Shown piece after piece: positions 47,744-57,733 of a stretch of 64,000 nt of DNA. Position 1 is the stretch's first letter; every line of letters begins with the position of its first letter. The notes beneath the pieces are model-generated. The model made no database searches. It was not told the origin of the DNA and saw only the letters and a program-made list of their open reading frames with translations. Made by a program: the position numbers and the translations under genes. The DNA is from Thermodesulfovibrionia bacterium. GTDB taxonomy: Bacteria > Nitrospirota > Thermodesulfovibrionia > UBA6902 > BMS3Bbin08. The stretch spans positions 57,150 through 121,149 of the forward strand of contig JAUXYI010000063.1 in the NCBI GenBank assembly GCA_030694425.1. The letters run 5' to 3'.

Positions 47744-48604
47744 ATGACCGGAAGCAATAACAATATATACATGCCTTTTAAGGCAGTAATAGAAGAAGCT
47801 ATTGACATGGGATGTAATGTAAAATTTTTTAAGGTAATCCCAATCCCCCCTCACCCCCCTTTGTCAAAGGGGGGCAGAGGGGGATTTATAGATTATATCC
47901 CCGGTCAGTTCTTTATGGTGTCTCAATGGGGTGCAGGCGAGGCGCCCATATCAGTAACATCTACCAGAGGACTCCAGAGGCATATTGAATTTGCCATAAA
48001 AAAAGTCGGCGCTGTTACAACTGTTCTGCATAAACTTAAGAAAAGCGACACTATATGGCTCAGGGGTCCGTATGGAAATGGATTTAATGCTGACGCAGCA
48101 AAGAAAAGGGATGTTGTTTTTATTGCGGGTGGTATTGGAATAGTTCCTTTACGCTCATTAATTAATTTTATCCAGATGCACAAAAAACAGTATGGAAAGA
48201 TATTTTTGCTCTACGGCGCAAAAAATCCCTCCGAGATACTTTTTAAAGAAGATTTGAAAGCATGGAATAAAAAAGGCATTGAGATTACCCTTACAGTTGA
48301 CGTAAAAGATGAATCATGGAAAGGCAATACAGGCGTTGTCACAGGCCATTTAGACAGGGTAAAGACTGATTTTAAAAACGCCTGCTCATATATCTGCGGC
48401 CCTGACATTATGATAGAAAAAACAATGAAAGAACTCACATCAAGAGGCATGCCCGACAGACAGATTATAACCACCCTTGAGGCACGCATGAAATGCGGCA
48501 TTGGCAAATGCGGACAGTGCTACCACGGCATAGAATACATCTGTACAAACGGACCTGTTTATACATACGAGGAAATAAAAAAGAGAAGGGTTTACGGGCC
48601 GTAA
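47744..48604 (+). CDS. FAD/NAD(P)-binding oxidoreductase with C-terminal 2Fe-2S (HydG/AsrB/PyrK-like)
   Basis: FNR-like fold with the pattern RGPYGNGF...FIAGGIGIVPL. C-terminal CGIGKCGQC. Insertion at 47830-47885. Confidence 0.6.
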   Translation: MTGSNNNIYMPFKAVIEEAIDMGCNVKFFKVIPIPPHPPLSKGGRGGFIDYIPGQFFMVSQWGAGEAPISVTSTRGLQRHIEFAIKKVGAVTTVLHKLKKSDTIWLRGPYGNGFNADAAKKRDVVFIAGGIGIVPLRSLINFIQMHKKQYGKIFLLYGAKNPSEILFKEDLKAWNKKGIEITLTVDVKDESWKGNTGVVTGHLDRVKTDFKNACSYICGPDIMIEKTMKELTSRGMPDRQIITTLEARMKCGIGKCGQCYHGIEYICTNGPVYTYEEIKKRRVYGP

Positions 48605-48634
48605 CCTGTTACCATTTTATATTAAAAAAGACTT

Positions 48635-48940
48635 CTACCACTTCTCTTCCTCTGTTAATGCCCCTGGTTTTAATAATATGTTGTCTGGAATGCCCATCTT
48701 GCCTATATCGTGTAAGAGAGCCCCCCTTCTTATGTGCATAAGTTCTTCCTCTTTTATTCCTAACTCACGAGCTATACGAAGGGTCATGTCTGTAACACGC
48801 TGGGAGTGACCTTCTGTCTCTTTGTCTTTCAGGTCCAGAGCATGAGACCAACCCTCTATGGTTGTGTCATAGGCAAGAGTAAGCTCAATATTAGAACGCT
48901 GAAAAGAGTCATTGCTATTAAGGAAATAGGGGAGATTCAT
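48635..48940 (-). pseudogene. HD-domain (HD-GYP-type) protein, truncated shortly after the HDIGK motif
   Basis: Only about 100 aa. Lacks the rest of the HD-GYP domain. Confidence 0.4.
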
Positions 48941-48962
48941 TTATGAGGATGCTTGAAAAGTG

Positions 48963-50216
48963 TCAGCAATTATTTATTTTTTTACGTATTGCCCTTACTC
49001 TCTGTACAACCGGCGGATGGGAATAATGGAATGCAGCATACAGCGGATGCGGATGGAGATTCGAGAGGTTGTCCTTTGAAAGTTTTATGAGTGAAGTTGC
49101 AAGGCTATCAGGATTACCCGTAAGTTCACAGGCAAAGCAGTCCGCCTGCCTTTCATGCCTCCTAAAAAGATAACTAACTAACGGTCCCAAGGGGAAGACA
49201 GCAATACTCCCAATAAATCCGAGAATAACTATTTTCGCAAAAAAAGAGTCTGCTTTAACGGAAAACATCTTTAATAAAAAATCAGTTTGAAGGATTTTAA
49301 AAGAAATATAAATTGCTATAAAGGCTATGACCTCTGAGACCATAATACGCTTTAACACGTGTTTTTTCTTCCAGTGGCCTATTTCGTGGGCAAGCACTGC
49401 AATAGTCTCATCAATGTCCATTTTCTCCAACAGCGTATCGTAAAGTATTATCCTTTTAACCTTGCCTATGCCGGTAAAATAGGCATTCGTATGCGTGCTC
49501 CTTTTTGATGCATCCATCTTAAGTATCCTGCTTACTTTTATACCGACCTTTTGCACAAGATTTTTAATCTTATCCTCAAGAGCTTTATCCTCAATGGGCG
49601 TGAATTTATTGAAAAGAGGTTCAATAACATAAGGCGATATATACATGATAAAAAGACTGAAGACAAGAAAAAATCCCCATACCCATACCCACCAGTAATC
49701 AGGACTTGCGCTAACCAGCCATAAACTAACAGAGATAATAATGCCCATGAGCATTGTAGAAAGCATGACGGATTTTAAAAAGTCAATTATCCAGAGCCTT
49801 GGTGTCATTGTGTTAAACCCATATTTATTCTCTATATTAAACGTGCTGTACAGGCTGAAGGGGATGGAGATAAATGTTTCAGCATAAGTTAAAAACAGGA
49901 AGAAGGCAAGACCAGAAAGGATAAAATTCCAGTTCAGGGACAGTATCCATGAATTATAAATATTCAGCAAGCCGCCGAATAAAAACACAAGCAGGATAAT
50001 ATTGTCAAAAACAGATTTGACAAATGAAAACCTGTTGTTCTCAACAGTATAGTCACGGGTTTTTTTCAGCAACTCGGCATTGATATAACCTTCAAATTCA
50101 GGCGGAATGTCTGCCCCGTATTTTTTTAGATGCCTGAGGTTTAGCGCCTTCAGATAATAGCCAAAAAACACAACAAGGAGATAACTCAAAAAAATTATTG
50201 ATAAATATATTTCCAT
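48963..50216 (-). CDS. M48 family zinc metalloprotease (Ste24/HtpX-like) with N-terminal membrane domain
   Basis: HEIGHWKKKH motif. Confidence 0.8.
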   Translation of the reverse strand: MEIYLSIIFLSYLLVVFFGYYLKALNLRHLKKYGADIPPEFEGYINAELLKKTRDYTVENNRFSFVKSVFDNIILLVFLFGGLLNIYNSWILSLNWNFILSGLAFFLFLTYAETFISIPFSLYSTFNIENKYGFNTMTPRLWIIDFLKSVMLSTMLMGIIISVSLWLVSASPDYWWVWVWGFFLVFSLFIMYISPYVIEPLFNKFTPIEDKALEDKIKNLVQKVGIKVSRILKMDASKRSTHTNAYFTGIGKVKRIILYDTLLEKMDIDETIAVLAHEIGHWKKKHVLKRIMVSEVIAFIAIYISFKILQTDFLLKMFSVKADSFFAKIVILGFIGSIAVFPLGPLVSYLFRRHERQADCFACELTGNPDSLATSLIKLSKDNLSNLHPHPLYAAFHYSHPPVVQRVRAIRKKINNC

Positions 50217-50363
50217 TTGTTTGATATGCTGCTATGCCGCTCTGCGAGTCTGCGACCGTCTGCTCAAAATAAAGACTGCTGTAAGACATGGTATCCGGCC
50301 GTAGGGATATTGTAGTATTTACAAGAAAACAGGTCAATAAAACTTATTTCCCCATAAATAAAA

Positions 50364-50921
50364 TTGCAGTTGATAGAAAAAAAGGTTTTTGATAATATGT
50401 GTTTATCATATAAACTTTCCCGGCTTATACGCTCCATGATTTTGAATAACCAAACAGAAAACACCACACAAAAGCAGGAACTTTCTAACAGGATAGAACA
50501 TAAAGAAATTTATACACTTGGCACAGGACTGCGGAGCATAGAAGATTTTATTGAAATAATTAGCGGTTACAATGTAGAAGCGGTTATTGATGTAAGGAGT
50601 TTTCCATCAAGCAAACTTGACCATTTCAAGAGAATAAATCTGGAAGCTTTCCTTAAAAAAGAGATGGTTGAGTATTATTACCTTGGTAAAGAGCTCGGAG
50701 GTTTTAGAAAAGAAGGGTATGAAAAATATACCCACACCGAGGAGTTTGCTCTTGGCCTAAATAAACTGGAAGGCATCGCATCTATAAAAACATCAGTAAT
50801 AATATGTGCAGAACACTTCCCATGGAAATGCCACAGAAGGTTTATAGCAAGGGCATTACAGAGAAGGGGATGGGCAGTTGAACATATAATAGATAAAGGA
50901 AAAGTCTGGACACCGAAATAA
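50364..50921 (+). CDS. DUF488 family protein
   Basis: YTLGTG...DVRSFPSS...GKELGG pattern. Confidence 0.6.
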   Translation: MQLIEKKVFDNMCLSYKLSRLIRSMILNNQTENTTQKQELSNRIEHKEIYTLGTGLRSIEDFIEIISGYNVEAVIDVRSFPSSKLDHFKRINLEAFLKKEMVEYYYLGKELGGFRKEGYEKYTHTEEFALGLNKLEGIASIKTSVIICAEHFPWKCHRRFIARALQRRGWAVEHIIDKGKVWTPK

Positions 50922-51002
50922 AGGATGTACAGTCTACGACTTGTAGAGCGGCAGGAGCAAATATTTTTATAAAAAGCATCCTGCCACTGTTTTTTAGAGA
51001 AA

Positions 51003-51425
51003 CTATTTCTTTGGTGCTGGTTCCGCTGCTGGCTTTGCAGGTTCTTCTTTAGCCTTTAGCGCCACTGCAATAGCAATAGATTTTGCTGTATTTTTGCCGC
51101 CTTCCTCTGTATACTTAGCTGTTACTTTCTCACCTGCCTTTAAATCAGCAATACCCTTTTTCTCTTTATCAAGGGTAATCTTGGTCTTGTCAGTAACAAC
51201 GAGGACTATTTCCTTCTTATCTTTCTTTACTGTAACTGTATTGGCTGCTGTGTCAACGGCTGCGACTTCGCCGGTAACTTGATGGGTTTTTACTTCAGCC
51301 TTTTTTTCAGCAGGGGCTGCCTCTTTCTTTTCAGCCGGAGCAGCTGCCTCTTGAGCCGCAAACACTACTGTGCCGAAGGCAACGACTAACAGCACGGATA
51401 TCAAAATAGCTATAGTTTTCTTCAT
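51003..51425 (-). CDS. secreted Ala/Lys/Pro-rich hypothetical protein
   Basis: Signal peptide. Repeats of AAPAEKK. Confidence 0.4.
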   Translation of the reverse strand: MKKTIAILISVLLVVAFGTVVFAAQEAAAPAEKKEAAPAEKKAEVKTHQVTGEVAAVDTAANTVTVKKDKKEIVLVVTDKTKITLDKEKKGIADLKAGEKVTAKYTEEGGKNTAKSIAIAVALKAKEEPAKPAAEPAPKK

Positions 51426-51608
51426 TGGTTAATCACCTCCTTTCTTATTATATTAGAGACTGTTATTGGTTAAAACCTATACTATAAAGTACAGGTAAAT
51501 ATAATTAGGCTTAACTATAGATTAAGTAAAATAGTTTGTCAATAGCTACCTCTCTTCTGGTGGTAGTGTGAATTGACAGCTAAATCACAGTAGAACTATA
51601 ATCTCCTT

Positions 51609-53963
51609 ATGATAAAGAAATTTATAGTTGGATTTTTTGTCTTTGCCGTTATTTTAGCCATTGGCGTTGGCATAGGCGCTTACCTTGCGCTTATTGAGGG
51701 GATTCCGCAAATAGAGGAGATTAAAAATTATAAGCCTTCTGAAGGGACAAAAGTATATGCAGACGATGATGTCTTTATAGGAGAATTCAGGGTTGAAAAG
51801 GGGCTGTATGTGCCAATCAAAAAAATCCCTGAACATCTTATACAGGCGGTTGTTGCTGTTGAAGACTCAAGGTTCTGGGTTCATAAGGGAGTGGACTACA
51901 TTGCTATTGTAAGAGCAGCATTCAAAGACATCCTTGCAGGCGGTATTAAAGAAGGTGCAAGCACAATAACACAGCAGCTTGCAAAAGTTGTCTTTCTCTC
52001 TCCTGAGAAGACCATTGTCAGAAAACTGAAAGAAGCCATACTCGCCTTCAGGCTTGAGAAAAATCTATCAAAAGAGGAAATTCTTGAGCTTTACCTTAAC
52101 AGAGTGTACTTTGGACACAGGGCATATGGAATTGAGATGGCATCAAGAAGGTATTTTGGCAAATCTGTTTCAGAGATAAAACTGGCTGAAGCTGCACTTT
52201 TAATCGGACTTATAAAGGCCCCAAACAATTATTCTCCTTATAACAATCTTGATAAAGCAAAAGAACGACAGTATATTGTGTTCAAAAGGATGCAGGAGGA
52301 AGGCTACATAACAAAAGAACAGGTAGATGAAGCATACAAACAGCCGCTTTATCTTGCAAGTGTAAGCCAGGGGCAGGATGCGCCAAAATATTTCCTTGAT
52401 TATGTACGGAAATACGTTGAAGAAAAATACGGTTTTGAGGTGGTGTACAAGGGAGATTTGAAGGTTTATACAACAATGAACAGAAAAATGCAGATAACTG
52501 CCGTAAAGTCTCTCCAGAAGGGTTTAAGAGATTTAGATAAGAGGCAGGGCTTCAGGGGGGTGCTCGGTCACAGGGATATAGACGCTGAAAAGGAAATGAG
52601 CGAAAAGGCGCTCTTTAAGAAAACAATCATGAATCCCGGAGATATTCTGACAGCCGCAGTGCTCAGTGTTTCTCCGGCAAAAGCAATAGTCAAAACAAGA
52701 GGGACTCTCGGCAGCCTTTTTCTTACAGACGCTATGTGGGCAGAAAAGCTCATAAATTCAAAAGGAAATGTAATTAAAAGATTTAAGCCTTTAAAACTTA
52801 CAGATATCTTGAAAACTGGAGATATTATCACAGTCGGGGTAAAGGATGTTACGGCTGGAGAGCCGGTCTTTATGCTTGAGCAGGAACCGCTTGTTCAGGG
52901 AGCTATGGTCGCCATAGAGCCGTCAACAGGCTATATTAGGGCATTGGTTGGAGGTTATGATTTCGGCAAGAGCGAGTTCAATAGGGCAATATATGCAAGA
53001 AGACAGGCGGGCTCTGCATTTAAGCCGATAATTTATTCTGCTGCTATGGACTATGGATTTACGCCTGCAAGCATAATTATAGACGAGCCCGTAGTATATC
53101 CAAATAGAACCTTTGAAGACTGGGCGCCTGAAAATTATGATAAGAAATTTCATGGACCAACAAGACTGAGAGAAGCCCTGGCATATTCAAGAAATATAGT
53201 TACAATAAAACTCCTTGAGAGGATTGGCGTTGAAAGAGCAATTAATTTTGCCAAGACGTTAGGCATTAAAGGTCCTTTCCAGCATAATCTTACCCTTGCC
53301 CTTGGAAGCCTTAGCGTAACCCCCCTTGAGATGGCGTCAACCTTTAGTGTGTTTGCCCATGATGGTGTCATGATGAATCCAATTGCAGTTAAATATATTA
53401 CAGACTCAAAAGGGAACATTCTTGAAAATAATGAGCCTAATGGCGCTAAAGCTATAAGTTCACAGACGGCTTTTCTTACAACATCTATGCTTGAAGATGT
53501 TGTTAACTATGGAACAGCCAAAAAAGCAAATGTGTTGAAAAGACATGTTGCAGGCAAGACAGGAACTACCAATGATTTCAAGGATGCATGGTTTATAGGT
53601 TATACACCTGAATTAACAGCGGCTGTCTGGGTGGGGTTTGATGACCTGCGGCAGCTTGGAAATAAAGAAACAGGGGCAAGGGCAGCGCTGCCGATATGGA
53701 TGTCTTTTATGGGAGAAACCCTCCCCGCTATTACGATTGACAGTAAGGGAAAGTCTTTCTCTGTTCCTGAAGAAATTGTAACCGCAGTAATTGACCCGTT
53801 AACAGGGCTGCTTGCTACAAACACATCAGACAAAATGATAGAGTTTTTTAAACAGGGAACGGTGCCGTCAAAATATTCCACTGAATCAGGAAGGGATTTA
53901 GCAAGAAAACAAAAAGAGAAATTTAAAGCGACAGAAGATACAGAGAGTACTGATATTGATTAA
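51609..53963 (+). CDS. mrcA: penicillin-binding protein 1A (bifunctional transglycosylase/transpeptidase)
   Basis: GT51 motifs EDSRFW and RKLKE. Transpeptidase SAFKP, SRN, KTGT. Confidence 0.9.
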   Translation: MIKKFIVGFFVFAVILAIGVGIGAYLALIEGIPQIEEIKNYKPSEGTKVYADDDVFIGEFRVEKGLYVPIKKIPEHLIQAVVAVEDSRFWVHKGVDYIAIVRAAFKDILAGGIKEGASTITQQLAKVVFLSPEKTIVRKLKEAILAFRLEKNLSKEEILELYLNRVYFGHRAYGIEMASRRYFGKSVSEIKLAEAALLIGLIKAPNNYSPYNNLDKAKERQYIVFKRMQEEGYITKEQVDEAYKQPLYLASVSQGQDAPKYFLDYVRKYVEEKYGFEVVYKGDLKVYTTMNRKMQITAVKSLQKGLRDLDKRQGFRGVLGHRDIDAEKEMSEKALFKKTIMNPGDILTAAVLSVSPAKAIVKTRGTLGSLFLTDAMWAEKLINSKGNVIKRFKPLKLTDILKTGDIITVGVKDVTAGEPVFMLEQEPLVQGAMVAIEPSTGYIRALVGGYDFGKSEFNRAIYARRQAGSAFKPIIYSAAMDYGFTPASIIIDEPVVYPNRTFEDWAPENYDKKFHGPTRLREALAYSRNIVTIKLLERIGVERAINFAKTLGIKGPFQHNLTLALGSLSVTPLEMASTFSVFAHDGVMMNPIAVKYITDSKGNILENNEPNGAKAISSQTAFLTTSMLEDVVNYGTAKKANVLKRHVAGKTGTTNDFKDAWFIGYTPELTAAVWVGFDDLRQLGNKETGARAALPIWMSFMGETLPAITIDSKGKSFSVPEEIVTAVIDPLTGLLATNTSDKMIEFFKQGTVPSKYSTESGRDLARKQKEKFKATEDTESTDID

Positions 53964-53980
53964 CCAGAATGTGTAATTGG

Positions 53981-54022
53981 ACACAGATAAATCTTTTAAA
54001 AATCTGTGTTCTATTGTTTTTT
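53981..54022 (+). terminator. rho-independent terminator after the PBP1A gene
   Basis: ACACAGAT...ATCTGTGT hairpin followed by TCTATTGTTTTTT. Confidence 0.5.
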
Positions 54023-54030
54023 GTATTTTT

Positions 54031-55575
54031 TCATAGGTCTTTCCGCACAACAACCCTCTGATAAAATTTACATTTTTTGCAGTCCCCTAATTTCTGGGCA
54101 ATAGCGCCGGTTACTCTTTTCCCGCAAAATGTCCCTGCCACAACCCAGCATATTCGTCCGTAATGAGGATAAGCAGCACATCTCATCTCCGCTGCTCCTT
54201 CTGCTTTTTCCACGTCGCATTTGTTGAATTCCCAGCATTTTATCTTTTTCTCCTCTTCTTCACACTGATAAGGAAAAAACAACTTAAAGGATGAACCCTT
54301 ACTTAGCTCACTTTCCACTGTTATCAATCCACAATGTTCATCTATAATTTTTTTGCATAGAGAAAGACCAAGCCCGCTGCCCTTTCCTATCTCTTTTGTA
54401 GTATAAAATGGTTCAAATATCATATCTAATTTTTCTTTAGGGATGCCAATGCCTGTGTCAGCAACCTCTACCACAATAAAATTGACATTATATAATTCTT
54501 TCATAAAGGTATTTATTTTCAGTATGCCTCCTTTAGGCATTACATCTACGGCATTGGATATAAGATTATTTACCGCCTGTCTCACTTGATCCTTTTCAAT
54601 TAAGATTAAAGGGAGTGATGTATCTAAATCTTCCTTAATCTCTATTGACTGTTCATTACATATATCGCCAAAAGTCTTAAGAGATTCTTTTACAACCCCA
54701 TTTATTTCTTGACGCTTCAAGTTGAATTTTGCTTCCCTTGAAAATGCGAGGACATCCCTGAGTATTCTTTCAAGTCTGTTAACCTCTGATATAATAAGCT
54801 CTGTGTACTCCCTTTCCTTCTCTTTTTCCTTTTCATCTTCTAATAGTTTTTTGTTAAGCCTCCTTGCAAAACCTCCTATGGAAGTCAATGGATTTCTTAT
54901 CTCATGGGCAACATCTGCAGTAAGCCGACCAACAGCAGCAAGCTTTTCCGCTTGAACAACTCTTCCCTGGAGAGACCTTAATGACTCCATAGATCCCTGT
55001 AACTCCTTATTAATATTTTCTAACTTCTCCTTACCCTTTTTTAGTTTCTCGGAAAGCATGCCAAGAGGCGCTGCCAACAGGAATAGAAATGCAGCCCTGA
55101 TGAAGAAATCAGTCCAGTGAAGAAGTTTGGCGAAATCAAAATTGCCGCCTACAAGATAAAGCATTATTGATAGAGTTGCCACAAGAATGCCCGTGAAAGC
55201 GCCATAGTAAAAAGAATATAGCGCTGTCATTAGATAAAACCCATTGGAAAACGGGCTCTCAAATCCGCCAGTCATATTTACAAGCAATGTCACAAAAGAA
55301 AGGTCAAAAAAAAGTGAAACGGCATAAATCGTTTTTTCTTTATGTGGGAAAAGGAACAACGAGATAAAAATACAGGCACTGCCTATAGCAAAGTAAATAA
55401 AAAGGCCACTGACATATCTGACAGTCTCTTCGGATATGTCCGAGAATATAATCCAGGCACATCCGCCTACAAGCACAACAATTCGCAAGATAACAAAAGC
55501 AATATCAGCAATCTCTATGTTGGTTTTAGCTATATTCCACTGTGTTTTTAGTTTTTTATAAATATTCTGGTTCAT
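54031..55575 (-). CDS. sensor histidine kinase with polytopic N-terminal domain and a Cys-rich C-terminal extension
   Basis: HEIRNPL (HisKA), HATPase_c G-boxes, and a C-terminal tail of about 70 aa with 8 Cys. Confidence 0.8.
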   Translation of the reverse strand: MNQNIYKKLKTQWNIAKTNIEIADIAFVILRIVVLVGGCAWIIFSDISEETVRYVSGLFIYFAIGSACIFISLFLFPHKEKTIYAVSLFFDLSFVTLLVNMTGGFESPFSNGFYLMTALYSFYYGAFTGILVATLSIMLYLVGGNFDFAKLLHWTDFFIRAAFLFLLAAPLGMLSEKLKKGKEKLENINKELQGSMESLRSLQGRVVQAEKLAAVGRLTADVAHEIRNPLTSIGGFARRLNKKLLEDEKEKEKEREYTELIISEVNRLERILRDVLAFSREAKFNLKRQEINGVVKESLKTFGDICNEQSIEIKEDLDTSLPLILIEKDQVRQAVNNLISNAVDVMPKGGILKINTFMKELYNVNFIVVEVADTGIGIPKEKLDMIFEPFYTTKEIGKGSGLGLSLCKKIIDEHCGLITVESELSKGSSFKLFFPYQCEEEEKKIKCWEFNKCDVEKAEGAAEMRCAAYPHYGRICWVVAGTFCGKRVTGAIAQKLGDCKKCKFYQRVVVRKDL

Positions 55576-55718
55576 TATTTATTATAACAAATGTAAATAA
55601 CAGGAACGTGAAAACAGAAATTTGAAAAAATTATAACAATTTTTTTACGGCGCGAAATATAAAATCATCTCACATCCTTTAGTTGAAGTTTTTCAGTATT
55701 ATCATACATAATAATACC

Positions 55719-56834
55719 ATGACTCTTATTTTTAATCAGGTTCATTCAGAGCTTGAGAAAGGCATAAGGCTTTCCAAGTGCAGGAAATGCGGCTGCATGA
55801 GGGGAACGCTGGAAAACCTGAAAGCATCACTTCCATCTATTAAAATCAAAGAAGCAAAGGATTTATTTAAGGGCGTAAATGAGTGCCAGGCGAAGCTTGA
55901 ACCTCTTGAGTACCCCTGTTTTGGGTGCAAATACTGCATACCAGCAGAGGCAATGACTAAACTTACATCAAAGTTTCCATCCCTTGCCTCTTCAACGCTA
56001 TCAAGTTGTGAGTTTGAGGTGAGTAAAAATTCATGGCCTCCTGTCTCGGGCGAATATACTGTGACAGATAAGTCGTCTCCTGTAGCGGTTTCTGTGCTTG
56101 CCAGCGCCAAACTCGAAGAAAAACTATCTAAATCCAGACCAGAAGGATTATGCATAATCGGCAAGACAGAAACAGAGAATATCGGCATTGATAAAATAGT
56201 TAAAAATGTTGTTACTAATCCTGCCATCAGCTTCCTAATTGTTGCTGGAAAGGACACTAAAGGGCACCAGAGCGGCAAGACCCTTTTAGCGTTGTGGGAG
56301 AACGGTGTGGACAAAAATATGCGGGTTATTGGCTCGACAGCCAGAAGGCCTATACTTAAAAATGTATCCCTATCAGAGGTGAATGCGTTCCGCAAGCAGA
56401 TACAGATTGATAACCTGATTGGCTGTGAAAACACAACAGCACTGTCTAAAAGAATTGAAGAACTTGCCCAGAAAGCGGTCCCGGCAAAAAGCACAGTAAG
56501 TTGCGGATGCCACAGCTGTTGTGATGAAGCAGAACCCATTGCTACGGTTCCTAAAATTAAAGCAGAAAAACCCAGGGCAATAAAACTTGACAAAGCAGGA
56601 TATTTTGTAATTATTCCATCAAAAAATGGTAAAATCATTACAGTTGAACATTATTCTTATGACAATAAACTGCTGAGAACTATAGAAGGTAAAAACAGCC
56701 GGGATATTTATTTTACAATCATTTCTAACCGCTGGATAACAGATTTAAGCCATGCTGCATATATCGGGAAAGAGCTTGAAAAAGCAGAACTCTCTATTAA
56801 AAAAGGGTTTAAATTTGTTCAGGACGGCGCATAA
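55719..56834 (+). CDS. MtrA-like (tetrahydromethanopterin S-methyltransferase subunit A homolog) protein with C-terminal DUF4346
   Basis: Central MtrA-like region (LCIIGKTETENIGIDKIV...) and a C-terminal DUF4346-like segment. Cys clusters CRKCGC and CGCHSCC. Start could also be at 55683. Confidence 0.45.
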   Translation: MTLIFNQVHSELEKGIRLSKCRKCGCMRGTLENLKASLPSIKIKEAKDLFKGVNECQAKLEPLEYPCFGCKYCIPAEAMTKLTSKFPSLASSTLSSCEFEVSKNSWPPVSGEYTVTDKSSPVAVSVLASAKLEEKLSKSRPEGLCIIGKTETENIGIDKIVKNVVTNPAISFLIVAGKDTKGHQSGKTLLALWENGVDKNMRVIGSTARRPILKNVSLSEVNAFRKQIQIDNLIGCENTTALSKRIEELAQKAVPAKSTVSCGCHSCCDEAEPIATVPKIKAEKPRAIKLDKAGYFVIIPSKNGKIITVEHYSYDNKLLRTIEGKNSRDIYFTIISNRWITDLSHAAYIGKELEKAELSIKKGFKFVQDGA

Positions 56835-56861
56835 AGAAAATTTAAAATTCAAAATGTAAAA

Positions 56862-56965
56862 TGCAAAATTGAGGAAGTTTATTAAATTTTTAAATTAATT
56901 TTTATTCCATAATTTTGTCCCGACTATTCGGGATGATATTTAATTTTTGATTTTTAAACATGAGC
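56862..56965. repeat. AT-rich intergenic repeat (AAAATGCAAAATTGAGGAAG...CCCGACTATTCGGGATGAT)
   Basis: Near-identical copy at 61908-62005. Related AT-rich motifs at 9405, 10015, 47585-47720 and 60480-60580. Confidence 0.45.
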
Positions 56966-57733
56966 AAGGTAATTGCAATAGCTAATCAAAAAGGCGGGGT
57001 TGGCAAAACCACCACTGCTATTAATATAGCCGCCTCTTTAGCTGCTGCTGAAAAACATATCCTTCTTATAGACACAGACCCGCAGGGGAATTCAACAAGC
57101 GGCATGGGAATAGGAAGGGAAAACCTTAACGGAAGCCTCTACAATATATATAATGGAACAAAAAACATAGAAGAGGTAATTCAAAACACAGAACTCAATC
57201 ATCTGAAAATTATCCCGTCAAACATTGACCTTATCGGCGCTGAATTGGAGCTTATTGCAAAAGAAGGCAGAGAAACAATTCTTAAGCGTGCAATCGAACC
57301 TGTTAAATCCCGGTTTGATTTTATTTTTATAGACTGTCCGCCTTCTCTAAGTCTTTTAACCCTCAATGCCCTTGTTGCGGCTGACAGCCTGCTAATTCCA
57401 ATGCAGTGCGAATATTACGCATTAGAGGGAATCAGTTCTTTAATTAAAACCCTTGAACTTGTAAGAGGGTCATTTAATTCGCATCTTGACATAGAAGGAA
57501 TTTTGCTTACAATGTTTGACGGAAGAAACACGCTTGCAAATCAGGTGGCTGCAGAACTGAAGAACCATTTTGGAGATAAGGTCTATAAGACAATGATTCC
57601 AAGAAATGTCACGCTTGCAGAGGCGCCAAGCCACGGGAAGCCGGTTATTTTATATGATATACATTCAAAAGGGGCACAGAGTTATCTTGAGCTTGCAAAG
57701 GAGATGATGGGGAATGAAAATGGCACTGGGTAA
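56960..57733 (+). CDS. parA: chromosome partitioning ATPase ParA/Soj
   Basis: KGGVGKTT deviant Walker A. Confidence 0.9.
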   Translation: MSKVIAIANQKGGVGKTTTAINIAASLAAAEKHILLIDTDPQGNSTSGMGIGRENLNGSLYNIYNGTKNIEEVIQNTELNHLKIIPSNIDLIGAELELIAKEGRETILKRAIEPVKSRFDFIFIDCPPSLSLLTLNALVAADSLLIPMQCEYYALEGISSLIKTLELVRGSFNSHLDIEGILLTMFDGRNTLANQVAAELKNHFGDKVYKTMIPRNVTLAEAPSHGKPVILYDIHSKGAQSYLELAKEMMGNENGTG

